Part shown: positions 13,821-25,374 of the stretch, piece by piece
Layout of the letters: each line of letters opens with the position of its first letter
How positions within the stretch are numbered: the first letter of the stretch is position 1
Source of the DNA: Octopus sinensis
Taxonomy: Eukaryota
Assembly: GCF_006345805.1 (NCBI RefSeq)
Contig: NC_043006.1
Span: 54,746,001 to 54,810,000 of the forward strand
Reading direction: 5' to 3'
DNA length: 64,000 nucleotides
Position numbers and translations under genes: made by a program
Notes under the pieces: generated by a model
Seen by the model: the letters and a program-made list of their open reading frames with translations, nothing else
Told to the model about the DNA's origin: nothing
Database searches by the model: none

Positions 13821-14234
13821 ACTCTTTACTCTTTACTCTTTTGCTTGTTTCAGTCATTTGACTGCGGCCATGCTGGAGCACCGCCTTTAATCGAGCAACT
13901 CGACCCCGGAACTTATTCTTTTTGTAAGCCCAGTACTTATCCTATCGGTCTCTTTTGCCGAACCGCTAAGTAACGGGGACATAAACACACCAGCATCGGT
14001 TGTCAAGCAATGCTAGGGGAACCAACACAGACACACAAACACACACACACATATATATATATACATATATATGACGGGCTTCTTTCAGTTTCCGTCTACC
14101 AAATCCACTCACAAGGCTTTGGTCGGCCCGGGGCTATAGCAGAAGACACTTGCCCAAGATGCCACGCAGTGGGACTGAACCCGGAACCATGTGGTTGGTT
14201 AGCAAGCTACTTACCACACAGCCACTCCTGCGCC
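13821..14234 (-). mobile_element. Young family-A tRNA SINE nested in an older SINE of the same family (about 13590-14300)
   Basis: Complete head (reverse complement GGCGCAGGAGTGGCTGTGTGG) and (GAGTAAA)n tail, many CpGs retained; the older copy resumes at about 14240 with GACAGAATAAGTACCAG. Confidence 0.85.
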
Positions 14235-14389
14235 TATGAATGACAGAATAAGTACCAGACTTAAAAAATAAGTGCTGGGGTCAGATTACTTCAAGGTGAT
14301 ACAGTTCTATGTTTAAAAGATGAGGAATTATGTACATTATTTACATTATTTACATTCGACAGATATTTGTCCTCATCTTGTTTGTTGTT

Positions 14390-14435
14390 AACACAACATT
14401 TCGGCTGATATACCCTCCAGCCTTCATCAGGTGTC
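14390..14435 (-). ncRNA. Minimal type-I hammerhead ribozyme motif
   Basis: Reverse complement GACAC-CTGATGA-A-GGCTG-GAGGGTATAT-CAGCC-GAA-ATGT-T-GTGTT: stem I GACAC/GTGTT, perfect 5-bp stem II, stem III ATGT (CpG-decayed ACGT palindrome), GUU site. Confidence 0.75.
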
Positions 14436-14503
14436 TTGGGGAAATTTTGAACCTGGGTTCTCATTCCTAAGGTATTTTTCGCTGTTTTTATTATTATTGT
14501 TCA

Positions 14504-14576
14504 GGTCACTGCTTGGAATCAAACTCGGAATCTTGGGGTTAGTAGCCTGCACTTTTAACCACTACGCCATATGCCC
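14504..14576 (-). promoter_or_regulatory. 73-nt tRNA-like segment with Pol III A and B boxes
   Basis: Reverse complement GGGCATATGGCGTAGTGGTTAAAAGTGCAGGCTACTAACCCCAAGATTCCGAGTTTGATTCCAAGCAGTGACC: A box TGGCGTAGTGG, B box GAGTTTGATTCC, anticodon-like loop CTACTAA. Acceptor stem is poor, so not a functional tRNA. Confidence 0.65.
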
Positions 14577-15108
14577 GTGGGCAGTTATGGAGTGAATTTT
14601 AGGGCTTATAAATCTAATATTTTTCTATCCTTCCTTAATACTGGTTCCAATATGCTGTTTATATCTGCACTCGGTCTGCTTAGGAGGTTGTTGTGTCCTA
14701 GCGTATGTGCTGCTTCTTTTAGTTTCAGGCAAAGACTTTACTACCAAGAATTTTACCTGATGTGCTGATAATTCTGCCAGCTTGCCATCTTATTAGGTAT
14801 AGTCAACCCTGGTGGCATTTGAACTCAGAACATTGAGAAGAAATGCTGCTGTACATTTTGTCCCATGTGGTAATGATTCTACCAGCTCACTGCCTTATAT
14901 AGTGTACTAATAATAATATTTGTTATGTATAGCTGAAGCAGGATTAGTTTAAAACAGCAATCTATGTATCATACATAAAGCAGATACATCATTGAAAGCC
15001 TAATTTACTTCAGATTATTACTGAGATAATATTTCTTGGTGGTATACAATGTTAAAAACACAGAAATTTAAAGTAGCAAGTGAAAATCATCCAGCTATGG
15101 TAGTGGCG

Positions 15109-15153
15109 TTGCTAAATGTGCATTTCTGCCTCATTGGGCTTCATCAGTAGCAA
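15109..15153 (-). ncRNA. Minimal type-I hammerhead ribozyme motif, second family
   Basis: Reverse complement TTGCTA-CTGATGA-A-GCC-CAATGA-GGC-A-GAA-ATGCACAT-T-TAGCAA: perfect 6-bp stem I in register, near-palindromic stem III, AUU site. Confidence 0.65.
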
Positions 15154-15768
15154 GTATCCACTGGTAACTGCATACTGTGACAAAATCTGAATATCACAAT
15201 AAATTAGGCTTTCATTATTATATCTGTTTTAAAGTACAGTACACAGAGTGCATAATAATATTTTATTGGTCACAGTGCATGGTAACAACACTTGACTGAT
15301 TTTTCTCATCTTGTGAGTAATGAATTCAAATAGATTTGTTTGCTTACAGTAAATTATAGGATTCAGAAATTACCATTATATCTTAATTATTGACAAGTAA
15401 ATGAAAGATTTGAAGCATACTATTATGGTATCATAGTAACATATTTTAAAGACAGCTCTTTGCTTTCATCATTATCATCATCATATGCATTTTCCCCATG
15501 CATGCATGGGTTGTACAGAGCTTATTGAGACAAATCTTCTGTGGCTGGATGCCCTTCCTGTTGCCAATCCTTACCTGTTTCCAAGCAAAGTAATATTTCC
15601 CCATGGCCAAACATGTTTTTGCAGAATATTGGAAATGAATGACATTCATGTGGTTTGGGTTTCAGTTTCACTGTACAATACCTTGAGCAAGTGTCTTCAA
15701 CTATTGCCTTGAGCTGACCCAAGCCTTGTGAGTGAATTTGATGGACAAAAAGTGAAGGGAGCCCATTG

Positions 15769-15800
<32 letters not shown>

Positions 15801-15832
15801 TGTATGTATGTATGTATGTATGTATGTATGTA

Positions 15833-15863
<31 letters not shown>

Positions 15864-16849
15864 TGTGTGTGTGTGTGTGTGTACACCATTGTCCTTTCAT
15901 CATGTGGTGGTTGTAAACATGCATCATCCTCATACAAGTGATGTTGTTCATTTCCATCTTCTGTGAAAAACATGCCCAGCCAAGGGGTAATAGGCACAGG
16001 TGGGCAACAGGAAGGGCATCTGGCTGTTGAAAATCTGCTTCAACAAATTCTGTCTGACCCATGCAAGCATGGAAAAGTGGATGAGATTAAAATGATGATG
16101 ATGATATTTTGGTGCATGTGTATATGCATGTGCACATGCACATACATACACACACACGCGCGCATATTAAATATATCATCTCTGAAATCCAACGGTATCG
16201 TTTGGTCATGTAGTTTTAAGCATGCTTAATCTGAAACAGAAAGTCAAGATGGTTATAGGTATAATGTCTTTAATCCATGCATAATGTTGGGTCACAGCTG
16301 ATCTGAGGTTAAATAACAACACCAACAACTAAACATTGCATATCACTGAGTGTAAAATGTAGCTATAAACTTGATTAAAGACCAGAGTTTCCTGGACCTT
16401 TATGTCACACTGTACTACTTTATAGACAGGCTGTAGTTCAAGTCAAATTTGGTTGACCACTAATAACAACTGTGCAACAATAACAATTATGTAAAAAAAG
16501 AAAATATTATTTCTTCTCAAAAATAGGTTTAAAAAAAATTCAATAAAAATAAGCTAGAAGTAACACAATAATTTATCGATTACAAATTTTATCTTATTGC
16601 ATTTTAATGTAATTTTTCCTGTCCAATGGACATAATGATGATCACATCGACCCATGAATAGTCAAGAATATTTTGTTTGTACTTGAAATAGTCATTTACA
16701 TCCTTTTGTTCTGCTCTTTGTTCTACCACAATCACTATTTATTCACCCATTCTAACACCCCTTCCCACATACACTATATATATATGTGTGTGTGTATATA
16801 TGTGTGTGTGTGCACATGTAAGAGTGCATGTGATGTGTGCATGTGTTTT

Positions 16850-17150
16850 TTAAAAAAAGGGTACGTGGATAAAGTCACTGAGAGGAGGGCGTCTGTGTTG
16901 AGTCCAAAAGGAGTCTGGGTGTCATTTCTGGTTGCTTCATCAATGTTACTACACACATACTGTTGGTGTTTTGTTTTTTTTTACCTCTTTTGGACTTTTC
17001 TGTTTTCCTTTCTGATGAAGAGCAATGCTCCAAACATCAAAAATTCTCTCTTCTTACCGAGTGTCAAACTAATACATTCCATGTGCATGTCCTCTTGTTG
17101 TTTGTTATTGTTATTTTTAATGTTTGTTTATTTGATTTTACTATGCGTAT
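16850..17150 (+). mobile_element. Non-coding hammerhead-bearing element (PLE terminal-repeat-like)
   Basis: Same layout and partial identity as the reverse complements of 58696-59170 and 61830-62300 (e.g. TTTTGGACTTT...TTTCTGAWGAAGAGC). Confidence 0.5.
17009..17041 (+). ncRNA. Degenerate minimal hammerhead motif
   Basis: TTT-CTGATGA-A-GAGC-AAT-GCTC-CAA-ACAT-C-AAA. The catalytic G12 position is C, so this copy is probably inactive. Confidence 0.55.
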
Positions 17151-19539
17151 GTATACATATATATGTGTGAGTGTGCATGTTTATATGTGTGCTACTGTTC
17201 CTTGTCCTGACATTACATAATAGTTGTAAATGAGTGTCACTACAATACCTGGTCATGGGGAAATATTACTTTACTCGGAAACAGGTGAGTGTTAGCAAAA
17301 GAAAAAGCAGCTTCACTGTTGCTGGTGTTATGAAAAAAAAAACCCTTTCTAATACCAACCACTTTTCAGTGGCTGACATGAAAGAGAGAGAGAGAGAGAC
17401 TGGTTTCTGAAGAAATCAATAATGGCAAAAAAACAAACAAACAAAAAATAACAGTTAAACTCCATAATTTAAAATGTGTTTGTGTATCATGAGGAGAAAT
17501 GAGCTGTAGTGAAGAAATATGAGTTATTTAAAGAAAATCTTTGTCTGAAACATCAGAGCTCACCTCTCCTTGGGATGGGTGACTGGAAAATTATTGCTGA
17601 TATCACCCAGGCTACATTTACCATGTGCTTCCAATGGGTGAAGAAAGCATCAAATGGTTGTATTTTGTCATTGCAGATATGCATCATATCATCATCACCA
17701 TCATCATCAGTTAATGTCCGTTTTCCATGTTGGCATGGGTTGGATGGCTCAACAGGAGCTGGCAGGGCCAGGGACCACACCGGATTCCATAGTCTATTTT
17801 TGACTTGGCTTCTACAGTTGGATACCTTTCCTAAAGTGCCAGATACTTTACAGGTTGTACTGGTTGCTTTTTATAGGGAACCATCACCAGTGCTTTTAAT
17901 GTGGCACCAGCACCAGTGCTTTTTACATGACACCAGCACTGGTACTTTTAACATGGTCCAAGATCCATGATTCATGTGGTAAGAAACAATATCTATATAA
18001 TGAAATTTTATAGTGGCATTTGTGGTGCTCATTTCTTTGCACAATTATTTTCATTGTGAAGGAGATAGATCCAGTGACAAGGGGGATCCAAGACAGCCAG
18101 TACCTCCTCTAATCTATCAGAAACTTCCAGAAATACTTAAAGTTGACTACCATAGTCCTGCTGTACTTCCTCTGCCTTTGTCTTCTTAGACCCATCCACA
18201 ATGCTGTAGGATAGCACAGGTAGGTTTTGCCCACCATGAGATAAGGAGTTCTATCTAGTTCTCTCCTACAAAGATGTTCTCTCAATAATTAGGGGTTCTT
18301 CATTTTTAAACTTGTCCTATAGTGGGACTCAGTTGCCATCCTCAAGATTTCTATCTCCCTGCACTATTGTGTAATAGCTGTGACCCTATACTGGATTCAT
18401 CTGTCTTTTAGACAGGTCTTGTTTTTATTCTTCCTGGGTTTCTAGCTACCTTAACCCTCTGCAAGCTAACCTAATAAGAGTACCACTTCATTCACCAATG
18501 ATCTGATTATGTAACAGATTGCACTGGATTACATGTCGCCAGTAGTACTCAAAGCAACCTAACACATATAAACAAATATATATATATAGGTTGTGAGTAT
18601 CAGTTGACAAAGGCCTGCAACAGGTGGCAAGACGCTGTGTTTGATGGAACACATCTAACATGAAGAAATAAAATAATGTCATTTACACACACACACACAC
18701 ATGCACATACACACACATGCATGCATGCACATACATGCATGTACACACACACACACACAAACACAAACACTCACTCACATACACACACACACATCCTGTT
18801 GAGATATATCTAGGCTTCTGCTTTAAGAATTTTTTCTCTTCTTTTATGTTTTTATTTTTGAATTTTTTTCTTTCCATGAATATTACTAAATGAGATACTT
18901 TTAATATAAAGAGAGAGAAGTAAATAGTTATTGATTTGTAATATATTTCAAATAATCATTGACTGATTTTGGAACTCAATAATAACTAAATGTTATGCAT
19001 ATTGATAACTGCAAACCTTGCTTGTTATTGTTTATTCTTATAAAAATAATGTCTATTAGACTTGTATGTGAAGTAGTCCCATTTGAAAAATTCACATTTT
19101 TTGAATAGGAACAGATAACTCAATTATAATGGATGTTAGGATGGTTATGGTGCCATAAAACCTTTGTAAATATATTGGTTAGAGCAATATGAAATAGTGA
19201 AACAAATTTTGGTAATCAATAAGATGTGTCTGTTGAATTTAATAATGATAATAATGGTTTCAAATTTTTGGATAAGGCCAGTAACTTTGAAGGGAGAAGG
19301 GAAATTATTTACATTAACGGACGCTAAACGATGATGATGATGATGATGATGATCTCAGTGTTCGTGTGGTAGTTATTGTATCAATCTCCCAAAATTTGAA
19401 AGGTGAAGTTAACCTTGGGATGATGATAATGATGATGGTGATGATTTCTTTTATTTGTCACAGGGGCAAAAGATGAGGAAGACATTAAAAGGACAGTTTA
19501 TAATTTGTGTGAGGGTTTACATAAAAGATGAGAGGTAAA

Positions 19540-19800
19540 AGGGGAGAGGAGGGAGATATGGGATAAAAGTATATGTAGTGTATAAAATACGTGAATACAT
19601 CTATGGTGCAGTTCTCCTGATACACGAGAACCTCTAACTGGGACTAGTCAAGTAATCTCACAAATCCAGCATCACCCTGACCACCAAGAGCACAAGCCCT
19701 GACCCAACTGTTGTTCTCCAATCTACAGGCATAAGCTTAGAGTAGGTCCGTTCACCCTGACCATTTATTCTACAGTCACCCACCTTTTGGCAAATTCACT
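19540..19800 (-). mobile_element. Possible 3-prime end of an L1/Tx1-type LINE
   Basis: Minus strand reads FAKRWVTVE*MVRVNGPTLSLCL* followed by a UTR-like tract ending near a (CAT)n tail; weak resemblance only. Confidence 0.3.
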
Positions 19801-20861
19801 GTGAGAGAGGGGGAGGGGGAAGAGAGAGAGTGAGTACTTCCCTCTCCAACTTCACCTTTCCAAGTAGAACTTTAAAAAGTTGTTAAAGGCTTGATGCAGG
19901 AGGAAAGGGTGAGAGAAAGTTGTGGCGAAAGAGTCAGCAGAAGTTCGCCATAACCTTCTGCTGGAACCGCATGGAGCTTAGGTGTTTTGCTCATAAACAC
20001 ACACATCGCCCGGTCTGAGATTTGAACCTGTGATCCCCCGACTGCAAATCTGTTGCTCTAACCACTCAGTCATGTGCCTTCACATATTTAATGTAGTAAG
20101 TTAAAAACTTTGAGCAACTAAGAATATTTAAGCAATTAGTAGAAAAAAACCCCTCCTACTAGGGCAAATAAATCTGAAGCAAAATGTGCTTGTACTTTCC
20201 CCATTCTAAATATTTGTGGAATATTTGGTACTTCTCTCAAAATGAAATAGAGTTTGCACCATATAATTTTTCATTTTTTTACCATGATGTTGGGCAAGTT
20301 TAAAAAATTGGTAGCTATTTTAATTTTATTAACTATAGCACAAAATATAAATATATTAAATATAGGACAAAATATAGCACTTTGTCCTATCTTTCTTTTC
20401 AATCCCCACAGACCCATTCAAGGAGGAAGGTCTTGTATGAGAAGCACTGTCTTAAAGGTCTAAAATCTGGTGAAAAAGCAATGGAGATAATTCCAAAATG
20501 ATCTCTTGACTGAAATTTTGTGTATATTATAGGTAATGCAGACTGGAGCTGATTTTGAAAGCCAGCTGCTGAAAGCAACAGGCCTGTTTTGGCCTTATTA
20601 GATCTTCTCAGTAAAGCATATTCTGCTAAGCTGGCATGGCTAATAGGGATCACATATTGGGCTAAAAGAAGTTTCCTTTAAGATATTTGATACATTGAAA
20701 GTAGGATCATTTATATGTAAAACTTCTTCAGATCAAATAATGTAAGTCATTGGGTCCAAAAGTTCACAATAAATAGAATGTAATGAATGTATTTATATTG
20801 CAAATCCATTCTAAAACCTTAGCATGTGAAAAAATTATTGTTGTTATTGTTGTTGTTATTA

Positions 20862-20902
<41 letters not shown>

Positions 20903-21372
20903 GAGTGAGAGAGCAACACATGCCATCAAAGTGACACTGAAGTACAGATATATGAAGCCCAATATACCCATCATGACTACCCGTCTGATAAGGGTACATC
21001 AGGCACATGCATCATAGCCATATGTGCTTGGCATGGTGATCTCATATCAAGATAAACAGCACATGATCTTGTGGGTGGAGCCCTGTTAGAATTTTCTTCA
21101 AGTCAAGGAGCCCATCCTGTTCAAAAGGTCCCTGAATAAGGGTTGTTTAAGGATGTTGAATGAAACACCTATGTTTCTACAGGTGAATTATTCAAACCTC
21201 AAAGAATTCCTCTCAACATATGGCTATGATGCTCACCTACTACTCCTGCTCGTGATCTAAGATGCACATATTGTCAGCCACTAAAGAACAAGCTCAGTTA
21301 ACCTGGTTAAGGTCAAGCAACTGACAAGCAAATCTGTGGAATTGAGCAGAGTATTTGCTGTAGCCCATATTA
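20903..21372 (-). mobile_element. Truncated copy of a 555-bp element embedded in (TAT)n
   Basis: Collinear with 21396-21950 up to TGTAGCCCAT; (TAT)n on both sides. Strand is inferred from the microsatellite tail. Confidence 0.8.
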
Positions 21373-21395
21373 TGATTATTATTATTATTATTATT

Positions 21396-21950
21396 GAGTG
21401 AGAGAGCAGTTCATGCCATCAAAGTGACACTGGGGTAAAATATACGAAGCCCAATATACCCATCATGACTACCTGTCTGATAAGGGTACACCAGGCACAT
21501 GCATCACAACCATATGTGCGCAACAAGGTGATCTCATATCATGATAAACAGCACATGACCTTGCAGGTGGGGCCCAGTTAGAAATTTCTTCAGGTTGAGT
21601 AGCCCATCCCGCTCAAAAGGTCCCTGAATAAGGGTTGTTTAAGGATGTTGAAAGATCCACCCATGTTTCCAGAGGTGAATTATTCAAACCCCAAAGAATC
21701 CCTCTCAACACATGGCTATGATGCTCCCCCACTACTTTTGCTCGTGATCAGAGATGCACATATCGTCAGCCACTAAGGGACATGCTCAACTGGTTACGGT
21801 CAAACAACTGATAAGCAAATCTGTGGTATTGAGCAGAATATTTGCTGTAGCCCATCTTATATACCAAGACAAAACAATGTACATGATAACACTTCCAATC
21901 AGTTAAGATCAGAAGCCATGAGAGCCACTGCCTGGTACTGCATCAGGGCA
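21396..21950 (-). mobile_element. Complete 555-bp element flanked by (TAT)n
   Basis: Reverse complement of 45395-45948; no ORF; both ends abut TAT repeats. Confidence 0.85.
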
Positions 21951-22002
<52 letters not shown>

Positions 22003-22439
22003 GCTATATTAGTTGACAGAGATGTTTTCTTGGGGTTTGGTGACAAGGGGCTCCTCAAATCTGAAGAATCTTTCTTAATAATTCATACGGATTACAGGAT
22101 TTCACTTCTCTGCAGTTTGGCAATATGAATCTCCATTTCAATGTCTTTCAGTCTTTTAGGTAGCAGTTTGAGTATTGTAGGATCCTTGTCTTGGTTTTCA
22201 CACTATTTCTTCATCTCTTGATAAGTTAGCAGAATCAGTAGACTTGAGGACAACATGTGTTTTATTGGTATTTAGTAATGTCTCTTCACATGGTGAGTTT
22301 AAATTCCCTCAAGTTTAACTTTATTTTTTTGTCTCGTATCTCAGGTGACAAAATGAATTACCTGTCAAGTATTAAGGTCAATATACATCACGATACCTGC
22401 ACTCAGATATGTGACCTTCAGTTAATATTACAAACCATC

Positions 22440-22778
22440 ATCATTAGCATCTGCATCCTCACTACCACCACCACCACCACCACCACCATCATCATCACCA
22501 TCATCATCACCATCATCATCATCATCATCATCATCACCGTCATCATCAATAATATTAGAGCAGTGGGTTTGTTGGATCATCATCATCATTATATAAACAA
22601 ACACTGTACTAAAGAAAATCAATATAACATAATCAATAGAGAAGTATTGTGTAAGTACAAAATAATGTTTATCTTTTTTTTTAGAAAATAAGGAATAGAG
22701 TAAATGCATATGACAGATATTTGTTCTCATCATTTGTTATTTGTTGACTTTAGTAAGTTTGTAAATATATATATAAAG

Positions 22779-22809
<31 letters not shown>

Positions 22810-22851
22810 TGTAGTATGTATGTATGTGTGTATGTATATGTATGTATGTAA

Positions 22852-22912
<61 letters not shown>

Positions 22913-22919
22913 CATTTAC

Positions 22920-22950
<31 letters not shown>

Positions 22951-23035
22951 GTATGTATGTATGTGTGTATATATATGTATGTATGTAGTATGTATGTATG
23001 TATGTGTGTATGTATATGTATGTATGTAAATGTAT
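22440..23035. repeat. (CAC)n/(CAT)n, then (TATG)n/(TA)n microsatellite cluster
   Basis: Direct reading. Confidence 0.9.
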
Positions 23036-23479
23036 ATATCTCTTATTATAAAAGGCAGATTTTATCTGCCTCCCTTTGGGAGTTATACAAATCTACAATA
23101 TAGGATTTCTTCAATTACAATTTACCTAGCATTTTTAAGAGTACAATGCATCGCGTCATGCCAGGTCCAGTTTTTAAAATTTAAACTCCAATTAAGCAAA
23201 TTTACAGAAAACTCACATTCTGGTGTGTGTGTCAAATGCTTTTCTTAGTCTGGTTTACACCACACGCAAACGCACACACACAGTGGGCAACGAATAAAGT
23301 GAAACTAGATGTAATATTTGTTTCTCTCTATCACGCTGATAGATACATGAGTAAAATGTATGGGAAGCTAACACATAAGTGTGAGTGAAAATGTTCTTGG
23401 AAGAGAGTAAATAGCCAGAGATAGTGATTTGAGGAAGACTTTACATTAAATAACCGTAGTGGCTTGTGTTAGTAATAAA

Positions 23480-23527
23480 GTAAACATACACTCATACATA
23501 CATACATACATACATACATACATACAT

Positions 23528-23558
<31 letters not shown>

Positions 23559-23887
23559 TACATACATACACACACATACATACATACACACACACATACA
23601 TACACACATACATACATACATACATATACATACATACATACACACACACACACATACACACACACACAGTATTGAAGCTTGAGAACAATCAGATACATTT
23701 GCAACACATCTGTTGAAAATATTATTGTTCACACACATAATATACATATATACATACAGACAGACAGACAGATAGACACACACACACACACACATGATCC
23801 AGCATGGCCACAACCTCAAGGCTGAAACATAAAAGAATAACAGAATATAAATGTGTGCATGTGTGTGAGAGAGAGAGTGTGTGTGTG

Positions 23888-23919
<32 letters not shown>

Positions 23920-23930
23920 TATATATATAA
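23480..23930. repeat. (CATA)n/(CA)n/(TATG)n microsatellite cluster
   Basis: Direct reading. Confidence 0.9.
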
Positions 23931-23934
23931 TAAT

Positions 23935-24360
23935 GCGGTTTTTTCAACAGCTTGAACTAAAAGTCAGAGGAGAATGGGATAAACTACTTATATTAACTTG
24001 CTATAAAAGCAGGTAGTAATTTTATCTTGTCCTTATTCATAGTGCAAGTTTTGAAGAGTGCATTTCGATTTTAACAGCTATTTTTTTCAAAGCTATATTG
24101 GAACAGCCTAGAAGACGAGCCTCATCCTGAAAGATCTGTAGAACTCGACAAGGACATCCTGAAAACCCTGGTGGAACAAAATATCATCGTAACTGTTGAG
24201 GAACTAGCAGAGAAGCTTGGAATTTGGTCATTCAACCATTCATTGAGACCTGTGTGCTATCGGAAAAGTCAGCAAATTGGGTCAATGGTTCCTCACGAAC
24301 TTTCCGAGTCTAATTGCATGCAGAGAGTGAATGTATGCTTTTCTTTGCTGTCACATCTCA
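23935..24360 (+). pseudogene. Mariner transposase fragment
   Basis: SLEDEPHPERSVELDKDILKTLVEQNIIVTVEELAEKLG...(W)VPHELSESNCMQRVNVCFSLL with frameshifts; WVPHEL is the mariner linker motif. Confidence 0.8.
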
Positions 24361-24383
24361 CCACTACTACTGCGCTATGTATA

Positions 24384-25027
24384 TCTATATATATAAAACT
24401 GTAGTTGTGTGAGTGTCTGTCCCCTTCGATTTAGATTCCTAACTACTCCCACATTTTGCGGTGCAGTTTAACCAAATTCGGGTAGCTTATAGTCGTGATT
24501 CATATCGAGCCCGTCTGAGTATTAGCGCGCGTCTACGATGAGTCTACGATTTTAAAAATAATTTAACATTTTTTATTCCATTTTAATGCATAATTTTTCG
24601 TGTGTCGATGGCGGCGGAGTTGGCGTCCACGCTCACACCTGCACCTGTGGGGAAGGGAGTGTAAGGAAATCAACGTCGTAATGCGTTGTCAAGGAGACCA
24701 GCGTTCTTTTAGAACAACGACTTCATGGCTTGAAGACACCAAAACAGAAATGGCTAAGAAAGCGTCTACATGAGTCTACGATTTAAAAAAAAATTTACCA
24801 TCGTTTTTTTTCCATTTTAATGCATTTTAATGCATTTTTTCGCTATTATATAAGGGAAGTAACTCTCTAAAAATGTCTACGATGAGTCAACGATTTAAAA
24901 AAAAATTTACCATCATATTTTTTCCATTTTTAATGCATTTTTTGCTATTTTTTGGCTATAACTCTCTAAAAATGCTTATATAGTTATTTCCCTTACAAAC
25001 CCGAGCAACGCCGGGCGATACTGCTAG
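24384..25027 (+). mobile_element. Non-autonomous Helitron, 644 bp
   Basis: 5-prime TC (TCTATATATATAAAAC) after A24383; 3-prime hairpin CCCG(A)GC-AAC-GC-CGGG at 25000-25015, 8 nt before a terminal CTAG (25024-25027), followed by T; no TSD. Confidence 0.85.
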
Positions 25028-25030
25028 TAT

Positions 25031-25061
<31 letters not shown>

Positions 25062-25374
25062 ACATCAATGGAATTTGTATCTTGTGGTACCAGTGCCTGT
25101 GGCACACAAGAAATCCATCAGTGCCGTAGTCAGTGCGGTGGGCACATGACAAACACCATCTGATCGTGGCCGTTCGCCAGCCTCATCTAGCACCTGTGTC
25201 GGTGGCACATAAAAACACCATCCGAAGACCCGGCAAGACTAGTCAGGCCATAACCCATGGCCCCTACCTGGGACGTAGTCAGTCCACCTGTGCATACCTT
25301 CCTTCTTGTGACACTTGTGAAGACCTGTTGAGGCAAGTGAAAATCAAATCAAATCAAACAAATCAAAATAGATG

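Larger units (their letters stand above)
14301..14737 (-). mobile_element. Penelope-like element 3-prime fragment: ORF tail, tRNA-like segment, hammerhead-bearing terminal repeat
   Basis: Minus frame 14728-14606 reads LKLKEAAHTLGHNNLLSRPSADINSILEPVLRKDRKILDL*, resembling a PLE GIY-YIG C-terminus (KEA.HI...L.NR...I..P.L). The terminal part matches 34711-34884, including the shared end ACAGTTCTAT. Confidence 0.7.

Noticed and set aside
14504-14576. Functional tRNA gene
   Set aside because: Acceptor and anticodon stems pair poorly and there is no T-run terminator; recorded as a tRNA-derived promoter segment instead.
16673-17170. 165-aa hydrophobic ORF
   Set aside because: Non-ATG start; it spans a TG microsatellite and the T-rich strand of a repeat element, which explains the apparent transmembrane character.
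18050-18480. Unique-looking tract that might be an exon or LINE fragment
   Set aside because: No open frame or recognisable motif on either strand by eye; left unassigned, as are 33890-34200 and 49230-49900.
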